Source of the DNA: Sphaerodactylus townsendi
Taxonomy: Eukaryota
Direction of reading: 5' to 3'
DNA length: 64,000 bases
Assembly: GCF_021028975.2 (NCBI RefSeq)
Contig: NC_059433.1
Coordinates: 62,496,001 to 62,560,000 of the forward strand
The translations under genes were made by a program, and so were the position numbers. Below the pieces are notes generated by a model. It saw only the letters and a list, made by a program, of their open reading frames with translations, made no database searches and had not been told where the DNA came from. Within the stretch, counting starts at the first letter, position 1. Each line of letters begins with the position of its first letter. Shown here one piece after another: positions 36,200 through 48,720 of this stretch.

Positions 36200-37139
36200 A
36201 GGGATCAGCTTTCTTAAAAGCTGTTCTGCCACCTTTTTTTTAATGTTGAGCGCCAGCAGCCTGGTTCCTCTTTAGTTAAGATGAAGTTCCCTCGTCCCTT
36301 TTGTACAGGCCTGCCTTTATCCCAAAAAAGGTTCCCCAGTTCCTGACAAATCCTGAAACCCTCTGCCTTGCACCACCTTCTCATCCACGCATTGAGACCC
36401 TGGTATCTCCGCTTGCCTAGCTTCTCGCCCTGCATGCCAGTGGAACAGAGTAGCATTTCTCAGAGAATGCCACCTTGGGGGTCCTGGGATTTTAACCTTT
36501 TTCCTAGCAGCAGCTCAAATTTAGCTTCCAGAACCTCCCCGGGCTACATTTCCCAATGTCATTGGTACCAATGAGGACCACAACTGCTGACTCCACCCCA
36601 GCACTGTCTAACAGCCTATCTAGACGTAGCGTGACATCCGCAACCTTCGCACCAGGCAGGCAAGTCACCATGCGGTCATCACGCCTGTCACAAACCCAAC
36701 TCTCTATATTCCTGATGATCGAATCACCCACTACAAGGAGCCCCCCACCTCCCCGAGGGGTATCCTCAGTGCGAGAGGATATCTGACCACCAACTAAGGA
36801 AGGGGTCCCATCTAAGGGAACATCTTCCCCCACCGCAGACTGGCACCCTCTGTCACCCAGACTCTCATTCTCCATGACATCTGAAGAGATGTCACCTTGG
36901 GAGTGGGACCCGGCTGCTGGGTCCCTGAAAGCCTTGTTTGTTGCCCTCTCTGCCTCTCTCAGCTTCTCCAGGTCTGCCACCTTGGCTTCAAGAGAACGGA
37001 CACGTTCCTTGTATGCCAGGGAGCTCATTGCAGCGAGGGCACACCCACGACTTCTGGCCTAGTGGCAGATAGTCATACATGTGACACTCAGTGCAAAACA
37101 CTGGGAAGCCCCCATCCCCTGCTGGCTTCCTGCCTTCAT
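36200..37139 (-). pseudogene. CR1 ORF1 (CxxC..CxxC zinc finger, coiled coil, SGNH/GDSL esterase), frameshifted
   Basis: ATG at 37139; FPVFCTECHMYDYLPLGQKSWVCPRCNEL then ORF 36504-37028 with GDS and GTND blocks. Confidence 0.85.
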
Positions 37140-37301
37140 ATCTGCTTTTGTTTATATATTTAGATATTAAACTTTTAGTCAGTGCCCCTTTGAGCTATCT
37201 GTACCTACTATCCCTCAAAAAATGTCCTTATTAATTAATTAATTTATTTATTTTTTAAAAAAAGAAGAAGAAATTATGCGCTGCCGCTAGGCGCCAAGGC
37301 C

Positions 37302-37881
37302 GCTGGTTCCAGAGACTGAACCAAAGACTCACTGACTCACCTCAGGAGCCCCCCCTTTAGCCGCCCCCGCCAAAGAGTAACCTCTGTTAACCCCTGTTAA
37401 GCCCCCCCTCCAGCAGTCCCAGCTCCTAGTAGCCCTAAGCAGAAAAAGAGATCACCCCTGCAAACCCCTGTTAAAAATACACTGTTTTAAAAGATGTGGC
37501 TTTGAGAAAAGCCCTCCAAAATGAACACCAGCAGGTCACTCTGCTCTTCCTGGCCAGTTGCCTTGTCCACTGCTGCTCCTTCCTGCTGGTACCAGAGACT
37601 GAACTAAAGACTGAATGACTCACCTCAGGAGCCCCACCTTTAGCAGCCCAGGACAAAGAGTAACCTCTGTTAACCCCTGTTAAGCCCCACCTCCAGCAGT
37701 CTCAGCTCTTAGCAACCTTACAAGGAGAAAAAGAGAAAACCCCTGCAAACCCCTGTTAAAAATACACTGTTTTAAAAGATGTGGCTTTGAGAAAAGCCCT
37801 CCAAAATGAACACCAGCAGGTCACTCTGCTCTTCCTGGCCAGTTGCCTTGTCCACTGCTGCTCCTTTCTGCTGGTTCCAGA
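37302..37881 (-). repeat. Two tandem ~284-bp monomers (plus a 12-bp remnant of a third) at the CR1 5' end
   Basis: Units 37302-37584 and 37585-37869, each beginning GCTGGT(T/A)CCAGA on the + strand and nearly identical over their last ~130 bp. Confidence 0.9.
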
Positions 37882-40800
37882 TACACTAGGATGGTTCAAA
37901 CAGAATGCCAAACTATGGTTAGATGATCATACAATTGCACAGAGAGATTCTGCCTTAGTGCCACTCATTCCCAAGCAAGCATGCAAATGACTACAGTGGT
38001 CTTGTAAAAGAATAATATGCACATTTAGAATTATTTTGAAAGCATTCTAATAGTTTTATGCTCTTTCATCTTCATTTTCAGTGTCATGAGAAAAGTTTGT
38101 GTGATTTTCAAATATTTGAACTGGTCTCACTGTCAGCTAAATTATTTTAAAAACAAACATTGAGCTCTCTCCCCATGCTAAAGCTGTTCAAGAAATCCTG
38201 AATAGTTTGCCAACAGTGGAGAACAATGTGTTCCTGTGATGAACGGTCACAACAAAACACATGTATGGGAAGAAAACGGTGACATCACACAAGGCTCTAC
38301 TTACTGCTTTTCATGAGAATGAAAAAGCAGAAGCTGGCCCTTAATTTCAGCTCTCAATGTTTTATTTGTCACAGTTTGGAAGAAGCAGAACAAAAGGGTA
38401 TTGTGTCATAGTACATATCATTGTTGACTTTCTCTTCTCTCTGATCAACATCACAGTGTTGATCAGTCTAACTGCATATTCCTCTTAACACTAGTATTTA
38501 AGCTGGGTAGTTTCCAGTTAGAGATCTTTTAACCCATGTTGTGATTCTTTGGATAATAGAAAAAATTGCTGTTGTAATGGAATCTAAGAACTGTAGAAGT
38601 AGCCTAATACTAGCCAACTGAAAGTTACAAAGCAGTGAGCTAGCTTTTAAGTTTCACTGAGTTCTTTGCCAGAAAGAAGGCAAAGAGAAAGACATGGGAG
38701 AGAGCAAATGAATGCTGAAACATGATATTGGTGCAACAGGCATAATTGAGATCCGCCTTTCTGGCTTTCAAAGACCTTTCTGTTGGTGATTCAGCAAACT
38801 TTTGCAGGCTAATTAAATAACGTTGTGCCAAGAGCGGGGGATCTCAGGTTGCACCAAAGAATAAAAGCTAATTCACTTCTCAGATACTTTCAGTTTTTTG
38901 TAATGTTTGGACTTTAATGAGATGGTCTTCCTAGAACAAAAGCTGCACTTTGCACCATAGCCACTAGGCTGCACTGTGTTTCATTGATTATTTCACCAGC
39001 AACTTTTTCTCTATTTTAAGCAACTCGCATGTTTTAAGGAACACATCTGAAATTAGACTTTGCATCTTAGGACAAGAGAAAATGTTATATTAGTTTTCTT
39101 AGGCTGTGTAGAACCATCTATCTTTTAATCAAATGAGAAAGAGAGAACTAGGCAATTTCTCTCATAGTGAAAATGGAAATGTAGCATCACAGTGACTAAA
39201 CAACTTCTGTGTATTGCTGTCCATACCCCATCCCAAGAATAAACTTTCTCATGAGCACATACAGTCTGTGCACAGCGTACAACTGATTTTTTAAAAAATA
39301 TGTTTTTATACATTTGTTGAGATACTTATGTTAAATTTGATGCATGTACAGCTGAACATCTGGTTGAAATCACACATTTATCCGGATATTGGTCCCCAGT
39401 TTCATTTGCAGAGTGAATACATGTTAGCTCTTTCCCACAGATGTACATGTGTTCTCTGGAATATGTGAACAGGACTCATGATTCCCACCACAAGATTATC
39501 ATTATCATCCTATTTCACATGATTACCAAAACATGAGTTGTTTCAAAGCATTTTAATTTCTGCCCAATGTGTGAGATACAGTTATCAAGGAAGATGGCCC
39601 CTGCAACACTCCATTAGAAAGGTATGTACTTCCCTGTTTCAAATACATTTTTGTATATACTGCTACAATATTAAGAAAATACATACTATACCTCTTTCGT
39701 ACAGCTAGGAAGAGAAAACATATGTGAACTTCAGCATCCACTGGTTCGAATATATTCTGTTTATCAACAACAGAAAAAGGAACTCCTAATTTCATTGAAT
39801 GCAAGGACTCATGGCTTCATCCAGCTGCTCATCATTCCTGCAGTCTGAGTAGAGTTATGTGACAGCTGGCTTTCACTCCTGCATAAAAATATCCCTGACA
39901 CAGTTGTAGGTCATACTGGGTGATCAACTGTTTGACTGGTTCTACATGTAAGCAGGGAGGAGTTGGTTGTTTGGTTGCCTTTGAACCTGGCTAATTTTTC
40001 AGAATGTTCCTGTTGAACATCAGAGCAGAATGCCTGCAGATATATGAAACTGGATACATCCGTGGCTAGCACCAGGCCTTTTTACAATCAGGCACTGTAA
40101 CTTTTAGTTCAATTGTGGCTATAGTGATTAATGCTGAGAACACTCCAGAGCTAACTGTAGGAATATGGAATACTGCAAAGAAAAACCAGCAGGTTACCTA
40201 AACTCCCCCTTTTCAAGCATGTCAGGAAAGGAATGCAAAATAATATACATAATAAACTGTGCAACCTGTCCTTTAAGATAGTTTCAGAGGATAGCTGCAT
40301 CGGTCTGCTGTAAAAAAGCTAGATTTGAGTCCAGTAGCATCTTAGAGACCAGCAAGGTTTTCAGGATATAATCTTTCAAGAGTCAAAGATCCACCTTTCC
40401 AGCACTCCTTCCACCTTTGAGTATTCAGTAATCTCCATGTCTACTTGTATCTAACAAAGAGAGTGCTGAGAATAAGGAAGTAAGGATGCATTAGAAGCTG
40501 AAGCTCTTCCAAACTTTGGGCATTGACACATAGACACCTGAAACCCCATTAGATACAGCTTTTCCAGGTGGCCCCTGCTGTTTGCTCTTCATTTAAATCT
40601 CTATGGTGGTTGTCTCCTTCGCTCTGTGGTATTAGTTTAAAGCCCTTCTGATGAATCTCCCCAGGTTTTCTGCCTTATATTTCCCTTTGAGGGTCATAAA
40701 TTGCATAGGTTAAAAATATTTTCCATAAAATCAGTTTTGCTGAGCTCAGTTGGACTGACTCCTGATTAAATCAATTGAATTCAACTGGACAGACTCCTGA

Positions 40801-43800
40801 TTAAAACACTAATAGTTGGGCTACATTACAACATTACACATGGGCTGCTTATAGAATGTGATTAGTGCTACTTGGCTGCAGTTATTAAAGACTATATATA
40901 AACTTGATTGCTTTGCTTGATCGGGGCCCACAATTTGGAGTATATGGTAAACTAATACCAACAGTAATGCAAGTGCTAAACTTCATTTAATGCGTTGATC
41001 AAACACTCTCTGGAATTTCCATCAGCTACCAAAAGAGAATGATTAATTTCCTGTTTTACTAAACGCTATCCTTTCCCAGGGAAGCCCCCATAACCTTTAC
41101 TTCCTCATATGTTCCTGTGACCTCTTTCTATTGTTTTGCGAAAAGAGTTTTTAGCTGTTTTCTGTTTCAATGAGAAGTTAATGTTTAATACAGGAATAAG
41201 CCTGTGGTTTCTTGCAAAGGGGTATCAGTGTTTGATCGTATTGTATCGCATACGTCTCTGCACATTAAAGTAAAATGGACCAATTCATTTCTTAATCTTG
41301 AACCAGAAACCACTCCTTCTTTGGAAAGAACTTGTGTAAAACCAAACAAAGTTGACAAGTTGAATGAGAAGTTGAATGAATTGTTTTATTGTTCTGATCA
41401 GTTACTGATTTGCCTGAATTGGAAAGGTATGTAACAGTGTCTATTCTAAGCTTTTTAAAACTACTGCACAAACAGCTAGTGCAGTCATGTTTTTCAGAAT
41501 TTGTTATTTGGCACACTGCTGAGTCCCGTCAAAACTTCACCTGGGAGTGGACACTGGATTCATCCTGGCCACCTAGCAAAAATTGCTGGATCTCTGAAGA
41601 CCAGGACTCAACAGGGGTGCAGATCAGAAGGTCTACATCTGACCTCCAGCCCTAGCCTGCCTGGAATACAGCAATATTTGGGTGTGTCAGAAATCCACTC
41701 TGAACGGGAACTTGGCAGAGTGGATGGGAGGTCAGAAACCAACTCCCATGTGATCGTAAGGAATCAACTGGGGGTTGACTTCTGATTATCTCCCACTCAC
41801 CTCCCATCCCCAAATCTTTGCTGTGTTCCAGCAGCCAACTGGAAGTTGGCTTCTGATCCAGCCCCCAAATTTCCCCACACATCACCTATCTCTGCCAAAC
41901 AGGTATTAAAAGGTCACAAGCAGCCAAGCAGCACCCTGACTGCAACTGCAACTGCTAAACAGGATGTGAGTGAACTGGTGTGTGTGTGTGTGTGTGTGTT
42001 GGAGCATCCCTGATTACTTCTTGAACAAGGCTTAGAGGCTGCTGTACAAGATGTTTTTGTTACTGTTTGTGCCATTTAAGCCATTTCACATTCGGTTAGA
42101 CTTGCTCTGTGGACCTAAGTACCTGCCATAGGAAAAGAAACAATCCGAATGGCAGCACATAGCACATAGCCACAGGCCAAATAAAGGGTTCTTATGAGCT
42201 TGATGCAGCTTGCGGTTCTCATGCTTGACACCCCTGATCTAGGAAATAGCTAGACTATCAGGCATCTAACGTGCCATGCATACTTTACATACTGTCCTAA
42301 GAGACAGCTGGAGAGTCACCATTTCTGTCTGCTATGCAGTCAATGAAAATAGATTATCAGTAGTTCAAATGTGAATAATAACCCAAGTCCTTAGGCTACT
42401 GAATACATCTTCTGTTTGTATTCATGACAGGATGAAAACTGAATAAGTGCCCTGAAACTTATTAGACGATACTGATGGGTCTGTAAGCCTATGATGTCTA
42501 TGTCCTATTTCATGAATAGGACTGTCAACTCCAGCTTAGAAAATGCCTAGAGGCTTGGGGGTAGTACTTGGGGAGGGCAAAGTTTGGGAAAGGGTGGAAG
42601 TTCAGGGGGAATGTGATGCTATAGATTCCACCCTCTGAAGCTGCCATTTTTTTCAAAGGGAGCTAATCTCCATAGTCTGAAGATCAGTCATTTTCTAATG
42701 AGCATAAATAGTATGGTAGTGAGGTTCAAGCAATCTGTCTCAAACAAAAACTTCCACCTATTCCTAAGAACAGAACAGCAATGATTTTGAGCATTTTTGA
42801 GCATGTAGAACTGCTAGAATATATTAAGTTTGTCACACATATTTCTCAACAGTCCTGGATGGGCAACATGGTTATCTCCATATTGCAAACGATGGAATGG
42901 ATGATAATGGGTGGTCATATCTTAGCTTAACTAAGACTGCGGAGGAAATTCATAATATCAGTGAGATTTGAATTAGGGACTTTTAAGTTTGTTCAGTGTT
43001 AGTAAATGTGCCTGAATCAAATGAGCTTAATCCCAGGTAAGAATTTATGATGTTTCTGGAAGTAAGATCCATTAGATACATTGGTAATTTTTCTGAAGAA
43101 GCATATAGGATTGCAGACTCAGTTGTTTACCAATACTACCCCAGGTTAACATCCTTAATAAAACTGATGGAGTGTCCATTGATTCTTCCATGTTCCATCG
43201 TGAACTCTTAAATAAAGAGTATATTGAGAACAAAAATCCTTGTTATGTAAAGATCCATGAATTTGTATTTTTTCTCTCTCATACTCAATAACATCTGCTA
43301 ACTTGATTAAAGAGCCAGTTAAGTTAGCAAACACAATTTCTACTTTGTTTGCAACAGTGATTCCTAGTAGTTAAGTTCAGTTGTCTTATTTCTACCATTG
43401 GGTTGGATCTTGTGAAGGATTTCCATTATCAGAAGCAGGGGGAGGGGTGTATGTGTATGCCAATTCTTCTCTTTTGTTGCAGACCTCTCATTCTTCAAGC
43501 CATTCTTCAGGGATGGGGCTTTCCCCCAGGAACAACATTTCAAGAGTTATTTGGGGCTGCACTGTAAGTGAAAAGGCGGTAAATTAATGCTTCACTGATG
43601 GAAAAATTTCAGTGGGATCTAATGTATTATTTATCGGGTCTAATGTAGACGATTGGGGAAGGCAATGGCAGACGACTCGTAAATATAGTCTGCCTAGTAA
43701 ATGTCATGATGTGACATCACCCTATGAGTTAGTAATGACCCAGTGCTAGCTCAGGGGTCAGTAATTATTACCTCTAATGATACACCTTGTTCACTTTTCT

Positions 43801-44465
43801 CATTTCTACAAATCATAAAGAACAAGGCAGAAATATTTTTAAAGTTGATAATGGAGGTTTGTCATGAGCTTCTAAATTATAGGAAAGATTTGGAATTCCC
43901 AGCTTGTGAGCCTAGTAGCCCACTACCAATTCTGCTTTGATATTAAGACCCTGGAGAGCTGCTACTAGTCAGACTAAGCCACCTGACATTCTCACATTGT
44001 AATAATCTTAAGAATATGATTGTCTGACAATAGCAAATATGATCCACACAGATCTGCTGTCATTTTGACCTACCTGATATGAACTGTTCATGTGTATTCT
44101 ATAGTCTTAGGGATGCCAACCTTCAAGTGGGCCTTGGGGATCTCCAAAAATTATAGATCACCTCGAGACTACAGTTCCCCTAGAGCAAATGGATGCTTTG
44201 GAGGTGCACTCCATGGCATTGTACTCTACTAAGGTCCCTGTCCTCTCCAGGCACCATCACCAAATCTCCAACATGGATCTGACAACTCCACCTCCCATCC
44301 TCCTGGCAACCATACATAGGCTGAATCCTAATCTAATCTGGAGAACCAAGGTCAGTTCCCTATTCCTCCACATGAAGTCTTCTAGGTGACCTTGAACTAG
44401 TCACAGCTGTCTTAGAACTAAAATAAGTTAAACACTGGAGTTTCTTTATTACCAGCATAGTGCAT

Positions 44466-44690
44466 GGAGAGTCAGCATGGTGAAGTGGTTAAGAATGGTG
44501 AACTCTAATCTGGAAAGCCAGGTTCGATTCCTCCACCCTGAACTAGTCACAGTTCTCTCAGAACTACCTCAGCTCCACCTACTTCACAAGGTCTCTGTTG
44601 TGGGAAGGGGAAGGGAAGGTGATTGTAAGCTGCTTTGAAACTCCTTTTGGTAGGGAAAAGCGAAGTATGAAAACTGACTCTTCTTCTACC
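44466..44690 (+). mobile_element. Squamate tRNA-derived SINE
   Basis: GGTGAAGTGGTTAAG A-box, GGTTCGATTCC B-box, CTTCTTCT tail. Confidence 0.7.
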
Positions 44691-44842
44691 CCATCAGGAT
44701 GTGAATGGAAACATACATTACAGTAACATATAATAATATAAGAAATTACAAACAATAGCAAATAAATACAAAATGTAATTATTTTGTTTAAAAGCATATG
44801 TATTTTCTTAGTTGCAACCTGAGGCTCAAACATTTTCAATAT

Positions 44843-45150
44843 GAAGAAGAAGAGAAGAATAGATTGGATTTATATCCCCCCTTTCTCTCCTGCAGGAGAC
44901 TCAAAGGGGCTTATAATCTCCTTTCCTTTTCCCCCCTCACAACAAACACCCTGTGAGGTAGGTGGGGCTGAGAGAGCTCCGGGAAGCTGTGACTAGCCCA
45001 AGGTCACCCAGCTGGCGTGTGTGGGAGTGCCCAGGCTAATCTGAATTCCCCAGATAAGCCTCCACAGCTCAGGCGGCAGAGCGGGGAATCAAACCCGGTT
45101 CCTCCAGATTAGATACACGAGCTCTTAACCTCCTACGCCACTGCTGCTCC
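44843..45150 (-). mobile_element. Young full-length Sauria SINE with 36-bp target-site duplication
   Basis: Reverse complement of the family at 31736; flanked by CTTAGTTGCAACCTGAGGCTCAAACATTTT(T)CAATAT at 44807-44842 and 45156-45192. Confidence 0.9.
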
Positions 45151-45873
45151 TTATACTTAGTTGCAACCTGAGGCTCAAACATTTTTCAATATAACTTATA
45201 TATGGGCCATGTCTCTTACTACATTAATGTAATATAATTTCATCAAGTATCAGGCTAGTCCAAAGCTTGTTGGTTATTGCAACTGATTGTTCACAGTCAT
45301 CAAGTGTCAGTGTAGAAATTCTGTAAAATGTAATCATTGCAAACAAAAACTGAATAAAATATGTATTTTTTTTAAAAAATGAAAGCCCTCAGTTTACTAG
45401 TTATTTTTTAAACAAAACACAGTTTTCTCACTAGTTAAAACACACACAAACTATCCTCCTTCTGCTCTATCCTCTGATCTGCATGAAATGACACAGCCTG
45501 GTGTCCTGTCCCCACGCAGAGTGAGATTTGTGTTGCCAGAGGAACCGTTTGGAAAGAGACAGCAGAGGTTTTAATTAGAAGAACAGAATACAGACTGTCA
45601 TTCCGTACACTTCTGAATACCGAACATGAATTTAGTGTTAAGTCTAAAGCTACTGATGTTTGTGGAAATATTACTCAAATGATGTTTTTTCCTATATTTT
45701 TATATGGATGTTTCCCATCTGCAGCATATGTGATGTTGGCCTTTTTGCTGTAGTTCTGCTGACTCCATTTTGTTTCATCCCCTTTCTTAATTTATTTCTA
45801 GCCTATTCCAGATTGGATAAAAACCTAGATATTCCCACATACAATCTGAATTTCACATTTACTGAATTATGAA

Positions 45874-46045
45874 GCGTTGCCCTGACCTGGATAGCCCAGG
45901 CTAGCCTGATTTAATCACATATTGGAAACCAAGCAGGTCCAGCCTTGATTAGTATTTGGATGGGAGACAACTAAAGAAGGCCAAGGTTGCTACACAGAGG
46001 CAGGCAATGGCAAATGATCTCTGAATGTCTCTTGCTCTTGCTTGT
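45874..46045 (+). mobile_element. 5S rRNA-derived SINE (5S-Sauria-like)
   Basis: GCCTGATTT...GGAAACCAAGCAGGTCCAGCCTTGATTAGTATTTGGATGGGAGAC resembles the 5S internal control region, followed by a BovB-like GGCAATGGCAAA tail. Confidence 0.7.
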
Positions 46046-46083
46046 CCCACCTTGGATAAAAATCAGCCCTTCTGTCTCTCTTT

Positions 46084-46538
46084 GGCCATTGCTGCATGGG
46101 CTGAAATCAACGATTTTGGCCCGGTAAAACACTGTTTTTTGGGGGAGCCTTTGCACAGGCACTGCCGCCAAATTAATGCAGCGCTGCTCCCCCCCGCAAA
46201 CGGTATTTTTAAACCTCGCTCAGGGAGCAAGGTTTTTGGAAAATGCCAGCTTCCATTCGGTGCTGAGCGAACAGCACTAGGTGGAAGCTGGATTATTTCC
46301 CACCGCTCTCCTGGATGCCTCCTACCTCCTGCCACCTTTCGCCCCCTTGTGGAGGCCAGGGGACATGCCTCCTGGCCTCTGACCCCACAGCTGTCGCTTT
46401 TGCCACGGGGGCATGTCCCCTGACCTCCACAATGGAACAGAAGGTAGTAGGAGGTAAGAGCCGTTCGGGAGCGGTGCAGCCTGTGCGAAAGCTGCACCAC
46501 AGGCTGCACAGCCAGCAGGTTCGTTCATGAGAATGGTC
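46084..46538. mobile_element. Harbinger-like non-autonomous element with internal palindrome
   Basis: Degenerate TIRs GGCCATTGCTGCATG / CATGAGAATGGTC; internal inverted repeat GGAGGCCAGGGGACATGCC / GGCATGTCCCCTGACCTCC. Confidence 0.55.
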
Positions 46539-46807
46539 TGGGGTGTGTGTGTGCATCAGCATTCCATCTTTTCCTGCACTACGCAACTGCAAAGGGAAGC
46601 TGTGAAATGGTGAGACAGAATTCCAAGGCCAAAGGATGAGATAAGCAACCATCTGGCTTGGGCACCAGAGAAAGTAACTTTCCATCCAGACTCCTTGTTC
46701 CCCCTCCCAGTTGCCAACAGGCTTCCCTGATGCCAGGCTCCCACCTGACAGAATGCTTCAGATTTTAGAAATCATGTGATAATAACTATAACCAGAAAAT
46801 GATGGAC

Positions 46808-47045
46808 ATAGTTGTTAGTGTGGTGTGTGGATAAGAGCAGTGGATTCAGATTTGAAGAACTGGGTTTGATTCCCCACTCCTCAACATGAAGCCTACTGAA
46901 TGATCTTGGGCCAACCACAGTTCTCTCAGAACTCTCTCAGCCCCATCCACCTTACAAGGTGCCGATTGTAGAAAGAGAAGGGAATGTGAGTCCAAGCCAC
47001 TTTGAGATTCCTGAAGATAGAGAAAAGTGGGGTATGTAAAGCATT
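46808..47045 (+). mobile_element. Squamate tRNA-derived SINE
   Basis: GGGTTTGATTCCCCACTCC B-box and ACAGTTCTCTCAGAACTCTCTCAGCCCC core. Confidence 0.65.
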
Positions 47046-48011
47046 TATTTTTGTCCTGGTATTTGCCTTATTTATCATCTTGGCTTTTATGTGTGTGTGT
47101 GTGTGTTTGCCAGCATGGGTCTTTTTGATGTAAAATGTGGAATTTTTAACACATAGCATATCTAATTGTGCATTTCCCTAGTCTGAATATATTACATTAC
47201 TGAGGCTGACTTTTGCTACCCATCCAGATTGATACCCAGTTTCTATCGTTTTCAAAGGAGGTTTATTCAAACAGGATAAATCCTGCAATTTTATCTGTGG
47301 AGCGTTTTCCTCTTGAAAATATTAACAACTGATACAGATGGTTACTAAACTCACTATACTGTGGTGCTGGATTCTCAAAAGAACAGGTTAACAAAAGGCC
47401 CATGTGTGGAAGATGTTTCCAGATGTTTCCAGCTGCAAGTCTATAGTTGCATATCTGTGCACTGGCAGCCTCTTTGCATTTACTGTTGCTCATGCCTCCC
47501 CCCACACCCCCAGTTACAAAATGAATGTTTAACTGAAGAGAAGCCAGTTATGCTGGTCTGAGGTGCTGGAGGTCCTGTACGTGCCTTTTACACTGGCAAC
47601 GGGATTCAAGTACAATTTGTCTGTGAGAAAAATCTGATCCTTGTACGGCAGCCAAAGATATTGCAAGCTGTAATGCCAGCTGCATTGACCTGCCGGAGGC
47701 TCTCTAATCATCTGAGCAAGATGCAAGAAAATCTCTGCCATTCGGTTCAGGAATATTCACCATATACTTTCCCAGATTTATTCTGTTTATCTCGAACAGT
47801 GGATATTTTGTAGGATAGCTTTGTCTCCTGATTCTCCCCAGCATAGGTATGGACTTGTTACAGAAAATTTTAGCAACAGGTATTTGCTTGAGCATCATGT
47901 GAAGATTGTTGTGTGTTGTATAATAATTAAAATATATTTGACAGATGACAGATTTGATACTTATTTTCAGGGTTGTCTTCCAGTTACGGGGAGTCATGCG
48001 TAAAATGCTCT

Positions 48012-48077
48012 TGTTTGCCTGCCCCCACTAGGCATGCTGCAGTCTGTTTGCCTGCCCCCACTAGGCATGCTGCAGTC
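48012..48077. repeat. Perfect 33-bp tandem duplication
   Basis: TGTTTGCCTGCCCCCACTAGGCATGCTGCAGTC x2. Confidence 0.9.
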
Positions 48078-48489
48078 ATCTCTTTCTTGAATTAATATCT
48101 GAAATTGCTATCTATTATGGGTGGCACAATAATGTCAGGTGACAAGTGCAGTTTGAAATTCTAAAATATAGTATTTGGGGAAAAGCAGATATTGTGGCTT
48201 ATAGGAGAATGATGTGATCCATTCCTATGGTCAACGGTCTTACAGGACCCTATACGAGTAGGTTTCAGGGGTCACCAGGTAGCCAGGCTAGAAAAAATTG
48301 AATGTATACTTAAAGAACAATCCGCTGGAAGTTTCTGGGGAAAGTAAGAATTTGAATTTTGGTGTATGAAGTGTACAGTTTGATAAGGTTTGAAGGAGAC
48401 ACTGGTGTGATAACTGCGCTCTGATTCTGAAGGGAAGATTTTCTGGGCAATGATAATTAAAATATATTGATCTATGATATCAGTATCTA

Positions 48490-48720
48490 AGGGAGCCAGC
48501 ATGGTATAGTGGGTAAGAATCGGGGTAACCAGGTTCAATTCTCCGTTCCTCTATATGAAGCCTGCTAGATGACCTTGGAACAATCACAGTTCTCTTAGAA
48601 TTTAGAGAATTTAGAACAGAGGCAGGCAATGGCAAAACACTTCCCAACATCTCTTGCTTTGAAAATCTTAAGTGGTTGCGTAAATCAGCTGTGACTTGAC
48701 AGCATACAAATACACACATG
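48490..48720 (+). mobile_element. tRNA-derived SINE with BovB-like tail
   Basis: GGTATAGTGGGTAAG head, GGTTCAATTC B-box, GGCAATGGCAAAAC tail. Confidence 0.6.

Larger units (their letters stand above)
32855..37885 (-). mobile_element. Full-length CR1 LINE (ORF1 zinc finger/coiled coil/SGNH esterase; ORF2 APE endonuclease + RT), frameshifted in this assembly
   Basis: 3' (TTCTTATG)n tail at 32853-32885; RT VAKFADDTKL near 33940; endonuclease DIVGITETWW...GYRLYRKDR; esterase LLVVGDSIIR...CLPGAKVAD...IGTNDI; candidate TSD CTAGGAT at 32848-32854 and 37886-37892. Confidence 0.95.

Noticed and set aside
41480-42000. LTR-like stretch with TATTAAAAG followed by a (TG)n repeat
   Set aside because: No definable termini, TSD or internal retroviral sequence; too weak to call
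45904-45968. Possible 5S rRNA gene
   Set aside because: Heavily diverged, incomplete and fused to a LINE-like tail, so it is a SINE head; likewise the A/B-box hits elsewhere are SINE heads, not tRNA genes
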